DNA of 64,000 nt from a virus (lineage: Duplodnaviria; Caudoviricetes), in IMG/VR virus record IMGVR_UViG_3300049859_000309, positions 4,257 to 68,256 of that record. One strand, written 5' to 3'. The translations under genes and the position numbers were made by a program. Below are positions 33,300 through 43,031 of the stretch, one piece after another. The notes below the pieces were generated by a model. It was not told where the DNA came from, did no database searches, and worked only from the letters and a program-made list of their open reading frames with translations. The number at the start of each line of letters is the position of its first letter. The stretch's first letter is position 1.

Positions 33300-36041
33300 A
33301 TGAGCGTACTCCGTCAAGCCAACTGGTTAAGTCAACAGCGAGTTGATGTAAGCCACATGAGATCGATCGAATCTGCTGTATCTAGCGATTTTGATGATTT
33401 GTTAAAGGGTTTTTTAACTGGAAACCAAAAAAGCCTTATAATCCGAGGCTTTAAGATCAACTGGACCAACGCAATAGGCTCGGCCTCTAACGGTCTTCAG
33501 GTTTTGGTCGCGGATTCAGCAGTTCTTCACTCCAATTCAAATCAGTCGGGTACTTTTTTTACAGTGCCTTCTACAGCTACTCCAGAAATATTAAACTCAA
33601 CAATTAATACAAAAGTTTCAGGAGCGTTTGCTCCTAATTCTATTAACTACGTTGGTTTGGAATACGATCGAATCGTTGACGACTCAACAGCGGATCTTGT
33701 TTACTTTTTTAGCCCTACGAATAAAAACGAAATTTCAAAAACGACCCCACTTGCCAAAGTTTTAAAATATAAATTTGTAATCACGACTAGCATCTGGGCA
33801 TCAAATGTATTACCAATTGCCAAAGTTACTACCGATTCTTCAAACAATGTAACAAATGTTGAAGACGAAAGAAATATCTTAGGTCGTTTAGGCAAACCTT
33901 CTAGTGCAACATCAAGCCCATCTTACGTTTATCCTTGGATAGACGGTCGCCAAGAAAACGCATCGTCTAGTAACAGTCCTGCAGTAAATCCTTTTGCTGG
34001 CGGAGATAAGCAGATTAGCTCACTTAAGGAATGGATGGATGCTATCATGTCATCTATCCTTGAAATCAAGGGAACTGTTTACTGGTACTCTCCAAATGTT
34101 GGAGGATCTGCTGTAAACTTAAGAGCTGATTTAGGGAATACTGTATTTACTGGACGCGGAAGCATCTCTCATAGCGCAATAACTGCGGGCCTATTAAACT
34201 GGTCTGAAGACGTCTATGCTAGAATTATTTCTAGTCGACTTAGCTATAAAATATTAGCTAATCCATCGTCTTCAGATTTAACGTTACAAGACGACGAAGC
34301 AGCGTATATAAATTTAGTACGTGGCGTACAAATTGTTCCAAATCTTATTTTCGTAAACAATGGAGCAGGCGTAACGTCTGTTGGTAACGTAGCTTGGACA
34401 TCTGGATTGCAAGCTGGAGACTGGGTAAAATCCGCTAGCGAAGACGATACGAAATATTACGAAATATTGACTGTTGACTCAGCGTCTCAAGTAACCCTAA
34501 CAACTACATATCAAGGACTTGATACTGCTCCATTGGGAGTAAAAGCTAAATACGCTTGGGGCGTTTACGAAACAAGCCCGACCCCAACCACCAATCGTCA
34601 TATTAAAATAGCGTCTAGAAAAGACGTTCCTTTTAATGAAGATATTTACTGGTTATTTTTAAGAAACGATAACGGCGGTATCTTACCAAGAGTTTACGCC
34701 AGATTCACAGGTTCTGAATTAGAACAGGGCGAATCTCGTGACATGAATGACAATACGTCCGATCAGCTTTTACAGTACATGGGCTCGACATCAGAGACTG
34801 ACTCATCTCCTAGTTTTTCTACTCAGTTAGGAATACTTGAATCAGAGCAAACAAGAGTCACGTTCCCATCCGCAGCCTCAATATCTTCTAGTCAGTATTT
34901 TTTATTAAACTCGGCTGGCGACATCAACCAGTATTTTGTTTGGTATCGAAAAGACGGTGTGGGAAGCTCTCCTACAGTAGCTGGTCGAATTGCTATTTTA
35001 GTAGACATCCTAACGGGAGATTCTAGCGATGACGTAGCTTTAAAAACAGCTACGGCTATTTCTGGCTTTCCTCTTGATTTCACATCTTATAATATAAACA
35101 ACGATTGTTGGATAGAAAACACTCAAGCTGGAGTTACAACTGACGCAGCTAACGTGAATGTAAACTTGGCCAGCATTTCGGTTATTGTTCAAGGTTCTGG
35201 GAGACCTAACTACGTAGTAATAGACGGAGACGATTTAACTCTTTCTATTAAAAGGCTAGATCAAGCAATTGCAGGATTATATGATTCACTTGAGAAAAAA
35301 GATTACGAAGAAACATTATTTATCGGCAGCCCTCTTCCGTCTAACACTATTATTACTATTCCTACTGATAGCAGAAACTCTAATGTTTTTAGATCTTATG
35401 TTGTTGGCGACGGCGAACTAGAGGTTTTCTTAAATGGTCTAAAACAAATTGAAGGCGACGACTATTTAGAAGTCGGAAGTCTTGGAGACCAAAGCAATCA
35501 AATTGAAATGCTTTTTGCTTTGGTTGCTGGAGATCAATTTCAGTTTAGAATAGACCCAACAAGAGCGCACGCATTAGCTGTTAATTCAGGAGAAGCAAAC
35601 ACTGGATCGAATCTTGGCTCTGGATCTAGCGTGTTCAAAACTAAAGTTGGTGTTAATTTTCAATTTAGAAAAATAAACGCTGGTGTCGGCGTAACCGTAA
35701 CAGAAAACACGAACGATATAACAATATCTTCGACTCCTACTGCTGCTTTATTAAATATCACATCTATCAGTGGAGTAAATTACTCAGCTACCTCAGCAAA
35801 CGACTTCATTAAAGCCGCCAATAGCGGAGTAAACATCACAGTAACCCTTCCTTCGGCTGTCGGTATTGCAGGTAAAGTTCTACATATTAAAAAAACAGAT
35901 ATTGGAAATACTTTATTTGTCGCATCAACTCTTAGCCAGACTATTGATGGCGTCGATGCTACCGCTACTCCAATTGCGATAACGGTTCAAAACGAAACCC
36001 TAAGTATTGTTAGCGATGGCGCAAACTGGATGGTGATCTAA
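33300..36041 (+). CDS. Baseplate/tail-fibre attachment structural protein (913 aa)
   Basis: Beta-rich, modules shared with the giant J protein and the tail fibre; C-terminal ITVTLPSAVGIAGKVLHIKKTD...SDGANWMVI typical of fibre tips. Confidence 0.65.
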   Translation: MSVLRQANWLSQQRVDVSHMRSIESAVSSDFDDLLKGFLTGNQKSLIIRGFKINWTNAIGSASNGLQVLVADSAVLHSNSNQSGTFFTVPSTATPEILNSTINTKVSGAFAPNSINYVGLEYDRIVDDSTADLVYFFSPTNKNEISKTTPLAKVLKYKFVITTSIWASNVLPIAKVTTDSSNNVTNVEDERNILGRLGKPSSATSSPSYVYPWIDGRQENASSSNSPAVNPFAGGDKQISSLKEWMDAIMSSILEIKGTVYWYSPNVGGSAVNLRADLGNTVFTGRGSISHSAITAGLLNWSEDVYARIISSRLSYKILANPSSSDLTLQDDEAAYINLVRGVQIVPNLIFVNNGAGVTSVGNVAWTSGLQAGDWVKSASEDDTKYYEILTVDSASQVTLTTTYQGLDTAPLGVKAKYAWGVYETSPTPTTNRHIKIASRKDVPFNEDIYWLFLRNDNGGILPRVYARFTGSELEQGESRDMNDNTSDQLLQYMGSTSETDSSPSFSTQLGILESEQTRVTFPSAASISSSQYFLLNSAGDINQYFVWYRKDGVGSSPTVAGRIAILVDILTGDSSDDVALKTATAISGFPLDFTSYNINNDCWIENTQAGVTTDAANVNVNLASISVIVQGSGRPNYVVIDGDDLTLSIKRLDQAIAGLYDSLEKKDYEETLFIGSPLPSNTIITIPTDSRNSNVFRSYVVGDGELEVFLNGLKQIEGDDYLEVGSLGDQSNQIEMLFALVAGDQFQFRIDPTRAHALAVNSGEANTGSNLGSGSSVFKTKVGVNFQFRKINAGVGVTVTENTNDITISSTPTAALLNITSISGVNYSATSANDFIKAANSGVNITVTLPSAVGIAGKVLHIKKTDIGNTLFVASTLSQTIDGVDATATPIAITVQNETLSIVSDGANWMVI

Positions 36042-36493
36042 TGACGTACAGACCATATGATAAAATTATAGAACAGGCCGTTGTTGAGGTTGGTGTTATT
36101 CGAAGAACTAACGCTGAAAATCAATCAGGTCAAACAATTCCAATACTTTCAGTAGTTTCGATTGACGCGACTGGCCGAATCAAGCAAACTGATGTGTCGG
36201 TTGAAGCCGAAGCTAAATCTTTGTGTGGTATAACGCTACAGTCTATCGCAGATAACTCGACTGGTGAAATTGCTACAGATGGAATAGTGGAAAATATTAC
36301 AACCTCTTTGACTTTTGGTGATCTGGTATATTTATCAAAAACTGGGACACTAACAAATATAATTCCTGAAATTGGAATTGGTGGTTTTGTTGCTGGAGAT
36401 GCTGTTATCAGGGTTGGAGTGATTGCTAGAAACGCAGCAAATCCTTCAAACAAAGATCTTGTATTAAGAATTGAACTTAAAAATATTTTATAG
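36041..36493 (+). CDS. Small virion protein (fibre/cement-like beta fold)
   Basis: VVSIDATG...CGITLQSIADNSTGEIATDG...FGDLVYLSKTGTLT...IRVGV pattern. Confidence 0.55.
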   Translation: MTYRPYDKIIEQAVVEVGVIRRTNAENQSGQTIPILSVVSIDATGRIKQTDVSVEAEAKSLCGITLQSIADNSTGEIATDGIVENITTSLTFGDLVYLSKTGTLTNIIPEIGIGGFVAGDAVIRVGVIARNAANPSNKDLVLRIELKNIL

Positions 36494-36502
36494 AGGTAAT
36501 CG

Positions 36503-39496
36503 GTGGATATTACAAAATTAGCTACAACTGAAAACGGCGAAACCAGAGGCGTTGCGATTGATCAAAACACTCTAGTCGTTGATAATCTAAAAGCCTATCT
36601 TGGCGGATCTGCTACTTTTACTTTTTTAGGAACTCTTACAGTTAATAGAACTATTACGATTCCTGACACTGATGTTGATTTAGGTTTAATAGCGACTGCA
36701 ATTCAAAGCTCTGAAAAAGGCGCTGCTAGCGGAGTAGCTACTCTTGGCGTTGACGGTCGTCTTCCTGTTGGTCAATTGCCTTTCATTGCAATGACTTATG
36801 ATGGGGTATGGAACGCATCTACAAATTCTCCCACTTTAGCTGACGGAGTCGGCGACACTGGCCAGTTTTATCGAGTAGGCGTAGCTGGCACTCAAGATCT
36901 TGGATCTGGCAATATTACTTACGCTGCTGGCGATTATGTTATATACAACGGAACGACTTGGGAAAAAGCAGCTACTAGCGATACCGCTACTGGCGCAAAT
37001 ACAGCATTATCAAATTTAACAACTACTTCTATAAATCAAAGCTTGATTCCAGCAGACAATTCTAGAAATCTTGGAGACCCATCTCTGTTCCAGAGATGGC
37101 AGACGGTTTTTTTAAACAGCTTATATATAGATGCTTCTGGGGTTGTTTTTAATGCTAGTGGAACTCAACAACTTATGGATTTCCCGAATCGAACATTGAA
37201 TGTTGGTTCTTCTGCCGTATTGCGATGGTCAGCTTCGGCCATTGATATTGTTTCAGAAACAATTCCGTTAAGATGGCAAGATTCAAACAGTCCCTTTTAT
37301 TATACTACACTGCAGCCAAATTTAACTCCAACAGATAACGTATTGTTTAGATTGCCTCCAGATAATGGAGTTTCTGGTCAAGTTCTTCAAACTGATGGAG
37401 CAGGTGTAACATCTTGGACCACTCCAGCAACAGGAGCCAATGACACTTTATCAAATTTAGCAAGTCCTACAAACGTAAACCAGACATTAAGACCGTCAGT
37501 CAACGAAACTTTTGATCTCGGCACGTCAACGAGACGATACCGATATGTAGATGCTATTCAAATGAATTATGGTGGAATAGAATCAGTTAACGCTAGAGAT
37601 AGATTATTAAGAGATGCTAATGCTTTTCCATCTATTCAATGGGGCGATACCTCAGATCCTAACCGCATAACAATTTATAATGATAACGGCGGCGGAAAAA
37701 GGATTATTAGAATTTTTGGTAGCGCAAATAGTAACTATACCAGTTTTTCTGCCGCAACAACAATTCCGTCAAATAACACTTTTGTCTTGCCTCCAACAAA
37801 TGGAACGTTAGGACAGTTTTTAACAACTGACGGAAATGGTGTTACGTCTTGGGCTACCGTCAGTGGTAGCGGAGCAAATACAACTCTATCAAATTTAGGA
37901 GTTACTGCTGTCAATGCCGACGTGAATCCTTCGGTTACTGGAACCTACGCCCTAGGAACTCCATCATTAAGATGGGCGGCTGGAGCTTTTTCAGCGCTAG
38001 ACGTTGGGTTTTTAGATTGGACAGGTACTGGTCGTGTTATAGATGTAGCAAATAAAGCCTTAACGTGGAATGGTGTGGGAGCTTTTACTCCTGGTTCTTC
38101 GGCAATTCGCTGGACAACAGCGGGTGAAATTAGATTCCCTAGACTTCAGGGTGGTTTTTCGTCAAACATAGTTATTGAATCTGGTGATGCTCAAGACTTA
38201 ACCCTGAAGGCTCCCGCTACTATGGGAGGAGCTGTCACTTTTGTTTTGCCTGGTACAAACGGAACGCTAGGACAGTTTTTAACTACTGATGGGTCTGGAG
38301 TAACTTCATGGGCCACTGTTTCTGGATCAGGCGCTAATACTACGCTTTCTAATTTAACAGCTCCTACAGCTATCAATCAGCACTTGCTTCAAAGCGGTGG
38401 AAAAAGTCTAGGCGCTGTAGCTCAGCCTTGGTTTGAAGTTTTTGCAAACACTGCTTATTTTACATCAATTAGAAACTCTACGGATACAAAAACGGTAATT
38501 GATATAGATAATTCTGTTTTAAACGCTGGTGGAGCACCTTCAAGCAAAAACGGTCCAGTTGTAGATTGGGCAGATGGAAATGTAAACGTACCATCAAAAC
38601 CAAACGATAGCGATCTTCCGCGTGATTTGCGTTTATATAAATCAACTTTTTACTCAGCTATAAAAGCAAGTCCATCACTCGCTTCTAATACTTTATTTCA
38701 ACTACCAATTTCAAACGGCACGTCAGGGCAAGTTTTACAAACTGATGGCGCAGGCGTAACATCTTGGGCTACCGTTGCTGGCGGCGGTGAAACAAACACT
38801 GCCTCTAATGTTGGCGGCGGAAACGAAGTTTTTAAACAAAAAACTGGTGTAGATTTAGAGTTTAGAACTTTAATTGCAGGTACAGGAATAGCGATTACGC
38901 AAAACGCTAGCGATATTACTATTGAGTCTACCATTACAGCAGGAGCTGCTACAAACTTAAATAATTTAGTAGCAACAAGCATCAATCAAAATTTAAGACC
39001 AAACTCTGTTGTTAGAACTATTGGTGAGTCTGGCGGCTTTTCTTGGGGCAGGGCTTACGTTAATGCTATTTATGACAACGCCAACAACATTGCTTTTGAT
39101 ACATTAGGACGAACAATTTATGATGGCATTTATGGCGCTTCAGTTATTTTTGGAACAGACACCGTATTTATTCAACCCAAAGATGGCGCTGAATCTAGAG
39201 CTATTAAATGGCAGCCACCCCTAGGCATTGGATCTTTAAGCTTAAAAGCTCCAAATAATATTGCAGCAAACATTACGTTGACTTTACCGACTAACGCGCA
39301 GACTTCTGGGAATCGCTTAATTACAAATGGCTCTGGTATTATGACTTGGTCCGATAGAACGGTAATTGAATCTGGCACTACCGCAGCTCGACCAGCTTCG
39401 CCTAGAACTGGCGAGACGTATTTGGATCTAGACATCAATAAACCAATTTGGTATAATGGCACTAATTGGATCGACGCTACAGGCACGACAGTATAA
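36503..39496 (+). CDS. Modular tail fibre protein (997 aa, GTG start)
   Basis: Repeated NGxxGQxLxTDGxGVTSW...GANxTLSNL units; C-terminal GTTAARPASPRTGETYLDLDINKPIWYNGTNW. Confidence 0.8.
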   Translation: MDITKLATTENGETRGVAIDQNTLVVDNLKAYLGGSATFTFLGTLTVNRTITIPDTDVDLGLIATAIQSSEKGAASGVATLGVDGRLPVGQLPFIAMTYDGVWNASTNSPTLADGVGDTGQFYRVGVAGTQDLGSGNITYAAGDYVIYNGTTWEKAATSDTATGANTALSNLTTTSINQSLIPADNSRNLGDPSLFQRWQTVFLNSLYIDASGVVFNASGTQQLMDFPNRTLNVGSSAVLRWSASAIDIVSETIPLRWQDSNSPFYYTTLQPNLTPTDNVLFRLPPDNGVSGQVLQTDGAGVTSWTTPATGANDTLSNLASPTNVNQTLRPSVNETFDLGTSTRRYRYVDAIQMNYGGIESVNARDRLLRDANAFPSIQWGDTSDPNRITIYNDNGGGKRIIRIFGSANSNYTSFSAATTIPSNNTFVLPPTNGTLGQFLTTDGNGVTSWATVSGSGANTTLSNLGVTAVNADVNPSVTGTYALGTPSLRWAAGAFSALDVGFLDWTGTGRVIDVANKALTWNGVGAFTPGSSAIRWTTAGEIRFPRLQGGFSSNIVIESGDAQDLTLKAPATMGGAVTFVLPGTNGTLGQFLTTDGSGVTSWATVSGSGANTTLSNLTAPTAINQHLLQSGGKSLGAVAQPWFEVFANTAYFTSIRNSTDTKTVIDIDNSVLNAGGAPSSKNGPVVDWADGNVNVPSKPNDSDLPRDLRLYKSTFYSAIKASPSLASNTLFQLPISNGTSGQVLQTDGAGVTSWATVAGGGETNTASNVGGGNEVFKQKTGVDLEFRTLIAGTGIAITQNASDITIESTITAGAATNLNNLVATSINQNLRPNSVVRTIGESGGFSWGRAYVNAIYDNANNIAFDTLGRTIYDGIYGASVIFGTDTVFIQPKDGAESRAIKWQPPLGIGSLSLKAPNNIAANITLTLPTNAQTSGNRLITNGSGIMTWSDRTVIESGTTAARPASPRTGETYLDLDINKPIWYNGTNWIDATGTTV
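37361..38788 (+). repeat. Four ~100-bp repeats within the tail fibre gene (37361-37459, 37796-37897, 38255-38356, 38711-38788)
   Basis: Near-identical peptides spaced about 435-460 bp apart with synonymous DNA divergence. Confidence 0.85.
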
Positions 39497-39505
39497 GGAT
39501 AAGAC

Positions 39506-40771
39506 ATGACTAAATTAGACGCAAGACAAGTTATTTCAAGACAGATTTTGGATAAAGTTTTAGGATTAGCAACATCATCTTTAGATTTTTTGCTATCTCA
39601 GTTCAACAAAGAAATAGATACCCCAATAAGAATGGCAGCTTCAAATCCAGTTGATGCAAAAATTAATTTTTCACCAAGCTCGGTGGAATCTGCGGATTTG
39701 GCTGCTAAAGTAGCCTCTCCAGTCGATCTTTTAATCAATTCTTTTCCAGCCTCTACCGTAGACTTTCAAACTGGAGCTACGACTGGCGGTACTTTTTCGA
39801 TAACTTTCCCAGCCTCAACTGTTGGGCGTTTTCGAAGAGTTGGTTTTAGTTTGAACAACTTAGGTGTTATGGTCGGGACATTTACTGCAGAATCGGTTAC
39901 CGAAGGAGCTTTAGCGAACGCTGGAACTCTTTTTCCTGTGGGCAATATTCCAGTTGGCTGGATTGATTTGGTTTGTACGAACGCATCTGGACAATTTAAA
40001 ACAATAGGTTCAGCATCAAATGTTATCGAGCACAAAACCTCTGGAATTAACAGAGTTCATCGATTTATTAATCAAGCACCTATTCCAGCATCTTCTACCT
40101 ATACCCCTACAAACGTGATAAGAATCACAGCTACTGGCGCAGGAATCTATACGCCAACAGCTGGAGTTAAGCGCATAAGAGTTAAAATATTAGGTGCTGG
40201 CGGAGCTGGTGGTCTAAACAGCACTACTGGCGCGGCTGGAGGAGCAAGTTCTTTCAGTGATGCTATAGGCCCTAGAAGCGTAACGTGTAACGGCGGCGGC
40301 GGAGGAACTGTAGCTATAAGCACTAGAGGTGTTAGATTCGGCGGAACTGGCGGCGGTTTTGTTACTGCTGGATTAGTTTCGGATTGGGAGTTTGACCATC
40401 TTGTAAAGGGTGGGGACGGGCAAAACGGAAGTCCAAATAACACGTTTAATGCTTTTGATGGAGTCAGTGGTTCTGGAGGCTCCTCTTTCTTTGGCGGCGC
40501 TGGTCGCGGAGGAACTGCAGATCCATTAACAGCGGCTTTATCTGGCGGAGCAAATACTGGATCTGGCGGCGGAGGACTGTCAGGAAACGTTCTTAGCGTC
40601 AACTCTTACGCTGGAGCAGGCGGCGGCGGAGCTGGAGCTTACGCTGAATTTGTTATCAATCAAGCTTTTATTGCCACTAGTTATAATTATTCTATTGGTG
40701 CGGGTGGAGTTGGTGCAGCTGGAGTGGGTAGTGGCGGCTCTGGAGTTTTAATCATAGAGGAAGAATTTTAA
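39506..40771 (+). CDS. Tail fibre protein with glycine-rich C-terminal domain
   Basis: YTPTAGVKRIRVKILGAGGAGG...GGGGAGAYAE...YSIGAGG...GSGGSGVLIIEE. Confidence 0.75.
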   Translation: MTKLDARQVISRQILDKVLGLATSSLDFLLSQFNKEIDTPIRMAASNPVDAKINFSPSSVESADLAAKVASPVDLLINSFPASTVDFQTGATTGGTFSITFPASTVGRFRRVGFSLNNLGVMVGTFTAESVTEGALANAGTLFPVGNIPVGWIDLVCTNASGQFKTIGSASNVIEHKTSGINRVHRFINQAPIPASSTYTPTNVIRITATGAGIYTPTAGVKRIRVKILGAGGAGGLNSTTGAAGGASSFSDAIGPRSVTCNGGGGGTVAISTRGVRFGGTGGGFVTAGLVSDWEFDHLVKGGDGQNGSPNNTFNAFDGVSGSGGSSFFGGAGRGGTADPLTAALSGGANTGSGGGGLSGNVLSVNSYAGAGGGGAGAYAEFVINQAFIATSYNYSIGAGGVGAAGVGSGGSGVLIIEEEF

Positions 40772-40775
40772 TAAA

Positions 40776-40818
40776 CCCACCTAGAGTGGGATTTGTAAAG
40801 GGGCTGTTACGCAGCCCT
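40776..40818. terminator. Two hairpins separating the convergent structural and replication modules
   Basis: CCCAC-CTAGA-GTGGG-ATTTGT (plus) and AGGGCTG-TTACG-CAGCCCT (T-rich run follows on minus). Confidence 0.6.
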
Positions 40819-40822
40819 AGCC

Positions 40823-41824
40823 TTACTTACCGTCAACTTTTAAAATGGCTTTTACCATATCACGAGTTTCTTCGCGAGTATTAGCTAAATTAATTCTGTA
40901 AGAAAATTCACTATCACCTAAATCAAATCCAGAGCTAAATTCAACACAGGCTTCTTGTAAAATATTAGCTATTTTTCCATCTGCTTTGCTAAAAGCGAAC
41001 ATTCCATGATCTGGGATAAAATCTGGCTCAAACATGTATTGAAGTTTCTGAACTTCGGTTCGATTGTCATCAAGAAGATTTTTTCCAGCTTTCCAAAAAG
41101 CTTCTAAATCAACAGTCTTTAAAAATTTACTTATAAGCTCTTGGCCTATAGAGTTTACCGTACAGGCATCTCCTTTAACATAGTCTAAAGCTAAAGAATA
41201 TAAAACAGGATCGTTGGTAGCCAGCCATCCAACGCGAATTCCATTAATTGAACTAAACTTGCTATAGCTGCCAACCATAGCCTCGTGCTCTGGAAATGTT
41301 TTTAAAAAAGAACTATCTTTTAAATAGGTAGGGCTGTGGTAGGCTGCATCCCATACAACCCCTTGGGCTACAGCAGTTTTATTTAGTTTGCCTTCAGGGT
41401 TTGAAGGCGAGTCGATTATTGCCAAGTCAGTGCTATGGTCAAATTGATGAGTATCGTGCTTTAAGTGAATCATGTTTTGATTTTCAATAATCTGAGGATA
41501 CATCCTGTAGTAAAGCTTGTTCGTGAATACGCACAGGTCGTCAATCGTGGGTGATGTGGTTTTTTTTGCGTAAAGATAGGCATTTAAAGCGTTAGTGGCT
41601 CCAGCTGTTATGAGAACATGCTTGTATTCTCTACCCGTTAGCGTTTTGATTAATTTGTGAGTTTCTAGTAAAAGCTCTGGTTTTCCTTCATGGGGCGCAT
41701 AGCCTCCATGCAGGTCCCAATCTATTACAGAGGACTGTAGAGCAAAGTTAAAGAATTTGTCCAAGGTCATTTTTCGAAGACCTTTAGTGTCGCCCCAGCT
41801 AAAAAAATATTTAATTTCTGACAT
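40823..41824 (-). CDS. PLP-dependent class I/II aminotransferase-fold enzyme
   Basis: ITAGATNAL, IDSPSNPEG, WDAAYH, GSYSKFSSINGIRVGW (PLP Lys), YRINL; likely start MSEIKY at 41824. Confidence 0.85.
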   Translation of the reverse strand: MSEIKYFFSWGDTKGLRKMTLDKFFNFALQSSVIDWDLHGGYAPHEGKPELLLETHKLIKTLTGREYKHVLITAGATNALNAYLYAKKTTSPTIDDLCVFTNKLYYRMYPQIIENQNMIHLKHDTHQFDHSTDLAIIDSPSNPEGKLNKTAVAQGVVWDAAYHSPTYLKDSSFLKTFPEHEAMVGSYSKFSSINGIRVGWLATNDPVLYSLALDYVKGDACTVNSIGQELISKFLKTVDLEAFWKAGKNLLDDNRTEVQKLQYMFEPDFIPDHGMFAFSKADGKIANILQEACVEFSSGFDLGDSEFSYRINLANTREETRDMVKAILKVDGK

Positions 41825-42404
41825 ACATTTCAAATAGCGAACGTTTAAGTCGCTTGTTTTTAGCGATACCCAGAGGAGCAAGAAGTGTTTCGTATTTGTT
41901 GATCACCTCTTTAGCTTCGTCCTCGCTCATATGTTTTATTTTTTCTTCAGATACCTCTACTTCAACAAAATGATCGCCTACACTGGTCTTAGATGGGTCG
42001 GTAACATCAACTACTGTATAGAAGACTACCGTAGCGTCATCAAAAAAGTATATATCGCAGTATTTTATTATTTTGAAATTCATGTCAAATCCCAAAGCCT
42101 TGACCATTTTGTGTATGGTATCTTCAGGAGTCTGATCAACCCTTAGGTTGTATTCAGTTCTTACTATATTATTTTTAGTATCTTCCTTTTTAAATTTCAT
42201 CGTAAGCTCTGCGCGAGCATTAGGGCCTTTAAAAGATTCTTTACGATATCTTATAAAGTTTCCATCTTTGTTTGTAAAGTATGTGTCTGGGCCGACTGCG
42301 TGTACGTAGTCTACAAGATCAGCAAAAGAGGATACCAAGACGTTAAATTCTGTCCGTAGCGCTCCATTGATTCTATGCTTTACTTCCCACTCGATATGAT
42401 CCAT
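41811..42404 (-). CDS. CYTH (triphosphate tunnel metalloenzyme) protein
   Basis: EWEVK (ExExK), DTYF, IRYR, LTMK, EYNL, FVEVEV motifs; likely start MDHIEW at 42404. Confidence 0.85.
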   Translation of the reverse strand: MDHIEWEVKHRINGALRTEFNVLVSSFADLVDYVHAVGPDTYFTNKDGNFIRYRKESFKGPNARAELTMKFKKEDTKNNIVRTEYNLRVDQTPEDTIHKMVKALGFDMNFKIIKYCDIYFFDDATVVFYTVVDVTDPSKTSVGDHFVEVEVSEEKIKHMSEDEAKEVINKYETLLAPLGIAKNKRLKRSLFEMYVRN

Positions 42405-42405
42405 A

Positions 42406-43026
42406 TTACTTGGCTGAATCTCCTGCACTTTTACCCTCTATTTCATCAATTAGACCTAGATCTAAAGCTTCGCTTGCCGATAAGTACGTGTCCAGCAATA
42501 ACATTTTTTTAAGATCTTTTAGTTTAAACTCTGGATTTTTTGCTTTAATATGCTCAAGCAAGATCTCTTCCATTTCTGAATCAGTCCGTTCGTATTCCTT
42601 AGCAATTCTTTGAAAGTTTTTAGATACGCTAGACGCTCCAGCGTCGCCGTAATGAATCATCATTCTAGATCTCTCGGTCATAACTCTGTGATCCGCTGCC
42701 TGAGCTATTATCGATCCCATCGACATAGCCTGACCGTATATTTTAATAGTGACATGGCATTTTGACTGTTTTATTTTTTCGTATATCCCAATACCGTGAT
42801 ACCAGTCGCCGCCCAAATTATCCATAATGATTGTAATAGGTTCCGAACTTATATGTTCTAGTATTAACATGTTTTTAATTAATCTTTCGGCCATAGCGTA
42901 GTCCGTACCAGACTCTTCTTGAGTGTTTTCGTTTTCTGATTCGGAACCCATGTAAATAATTCGCGCAGGAGTATATATACTATAATCGTGTAGCTTATCG
43001 ATGTCGTCTTTGGTGTGTTTTCCCAT
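42406..43026 (-). CDS. clpP: ClpP-family serine protease
   Basis: NLGGDWYHGIGIYE, GQAMSMGSII (Ser), RMMIH (His), DTYLSASEALDLGLIDEI (Asp). Confidence 0.9.
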   Translation of the reverse strand: MGKHTKDDIDKLHDYSIYTPARIIYMGSESENENTQEESGTDYAMAERLIKNMLILEHISSEPITIIMDNLGGDWYHGIGIYEKIKQSKCHVTIKIYGQAMSMGSIIAQAADHRVMTERSRMMIHYGDAGASSVSKNFQRIAKEYERTDSEMEEILLEHIKAKNPEFKLKDLKKMLLLDTYLSASEALDLGLIDEIEGKSAGDSAK

Positions 43027-43031
43027 ACTAA

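Noticed and set aside
37361-38788. Fibre repeats as CRISPR array or DGR template/variable repeats
   Set aside because: Repeats are in-frame protein repeats about 100 bp long with synonymous divergence, not adenine-specific; no reverse transcriptase or cas genes in the window
40140-40770. GGC/GGA-rich tandem-like sequence
   Set aside because: Reflects the Gly-rich coding of a fibre tip domain; no exact tandem unit or phase-variable tract
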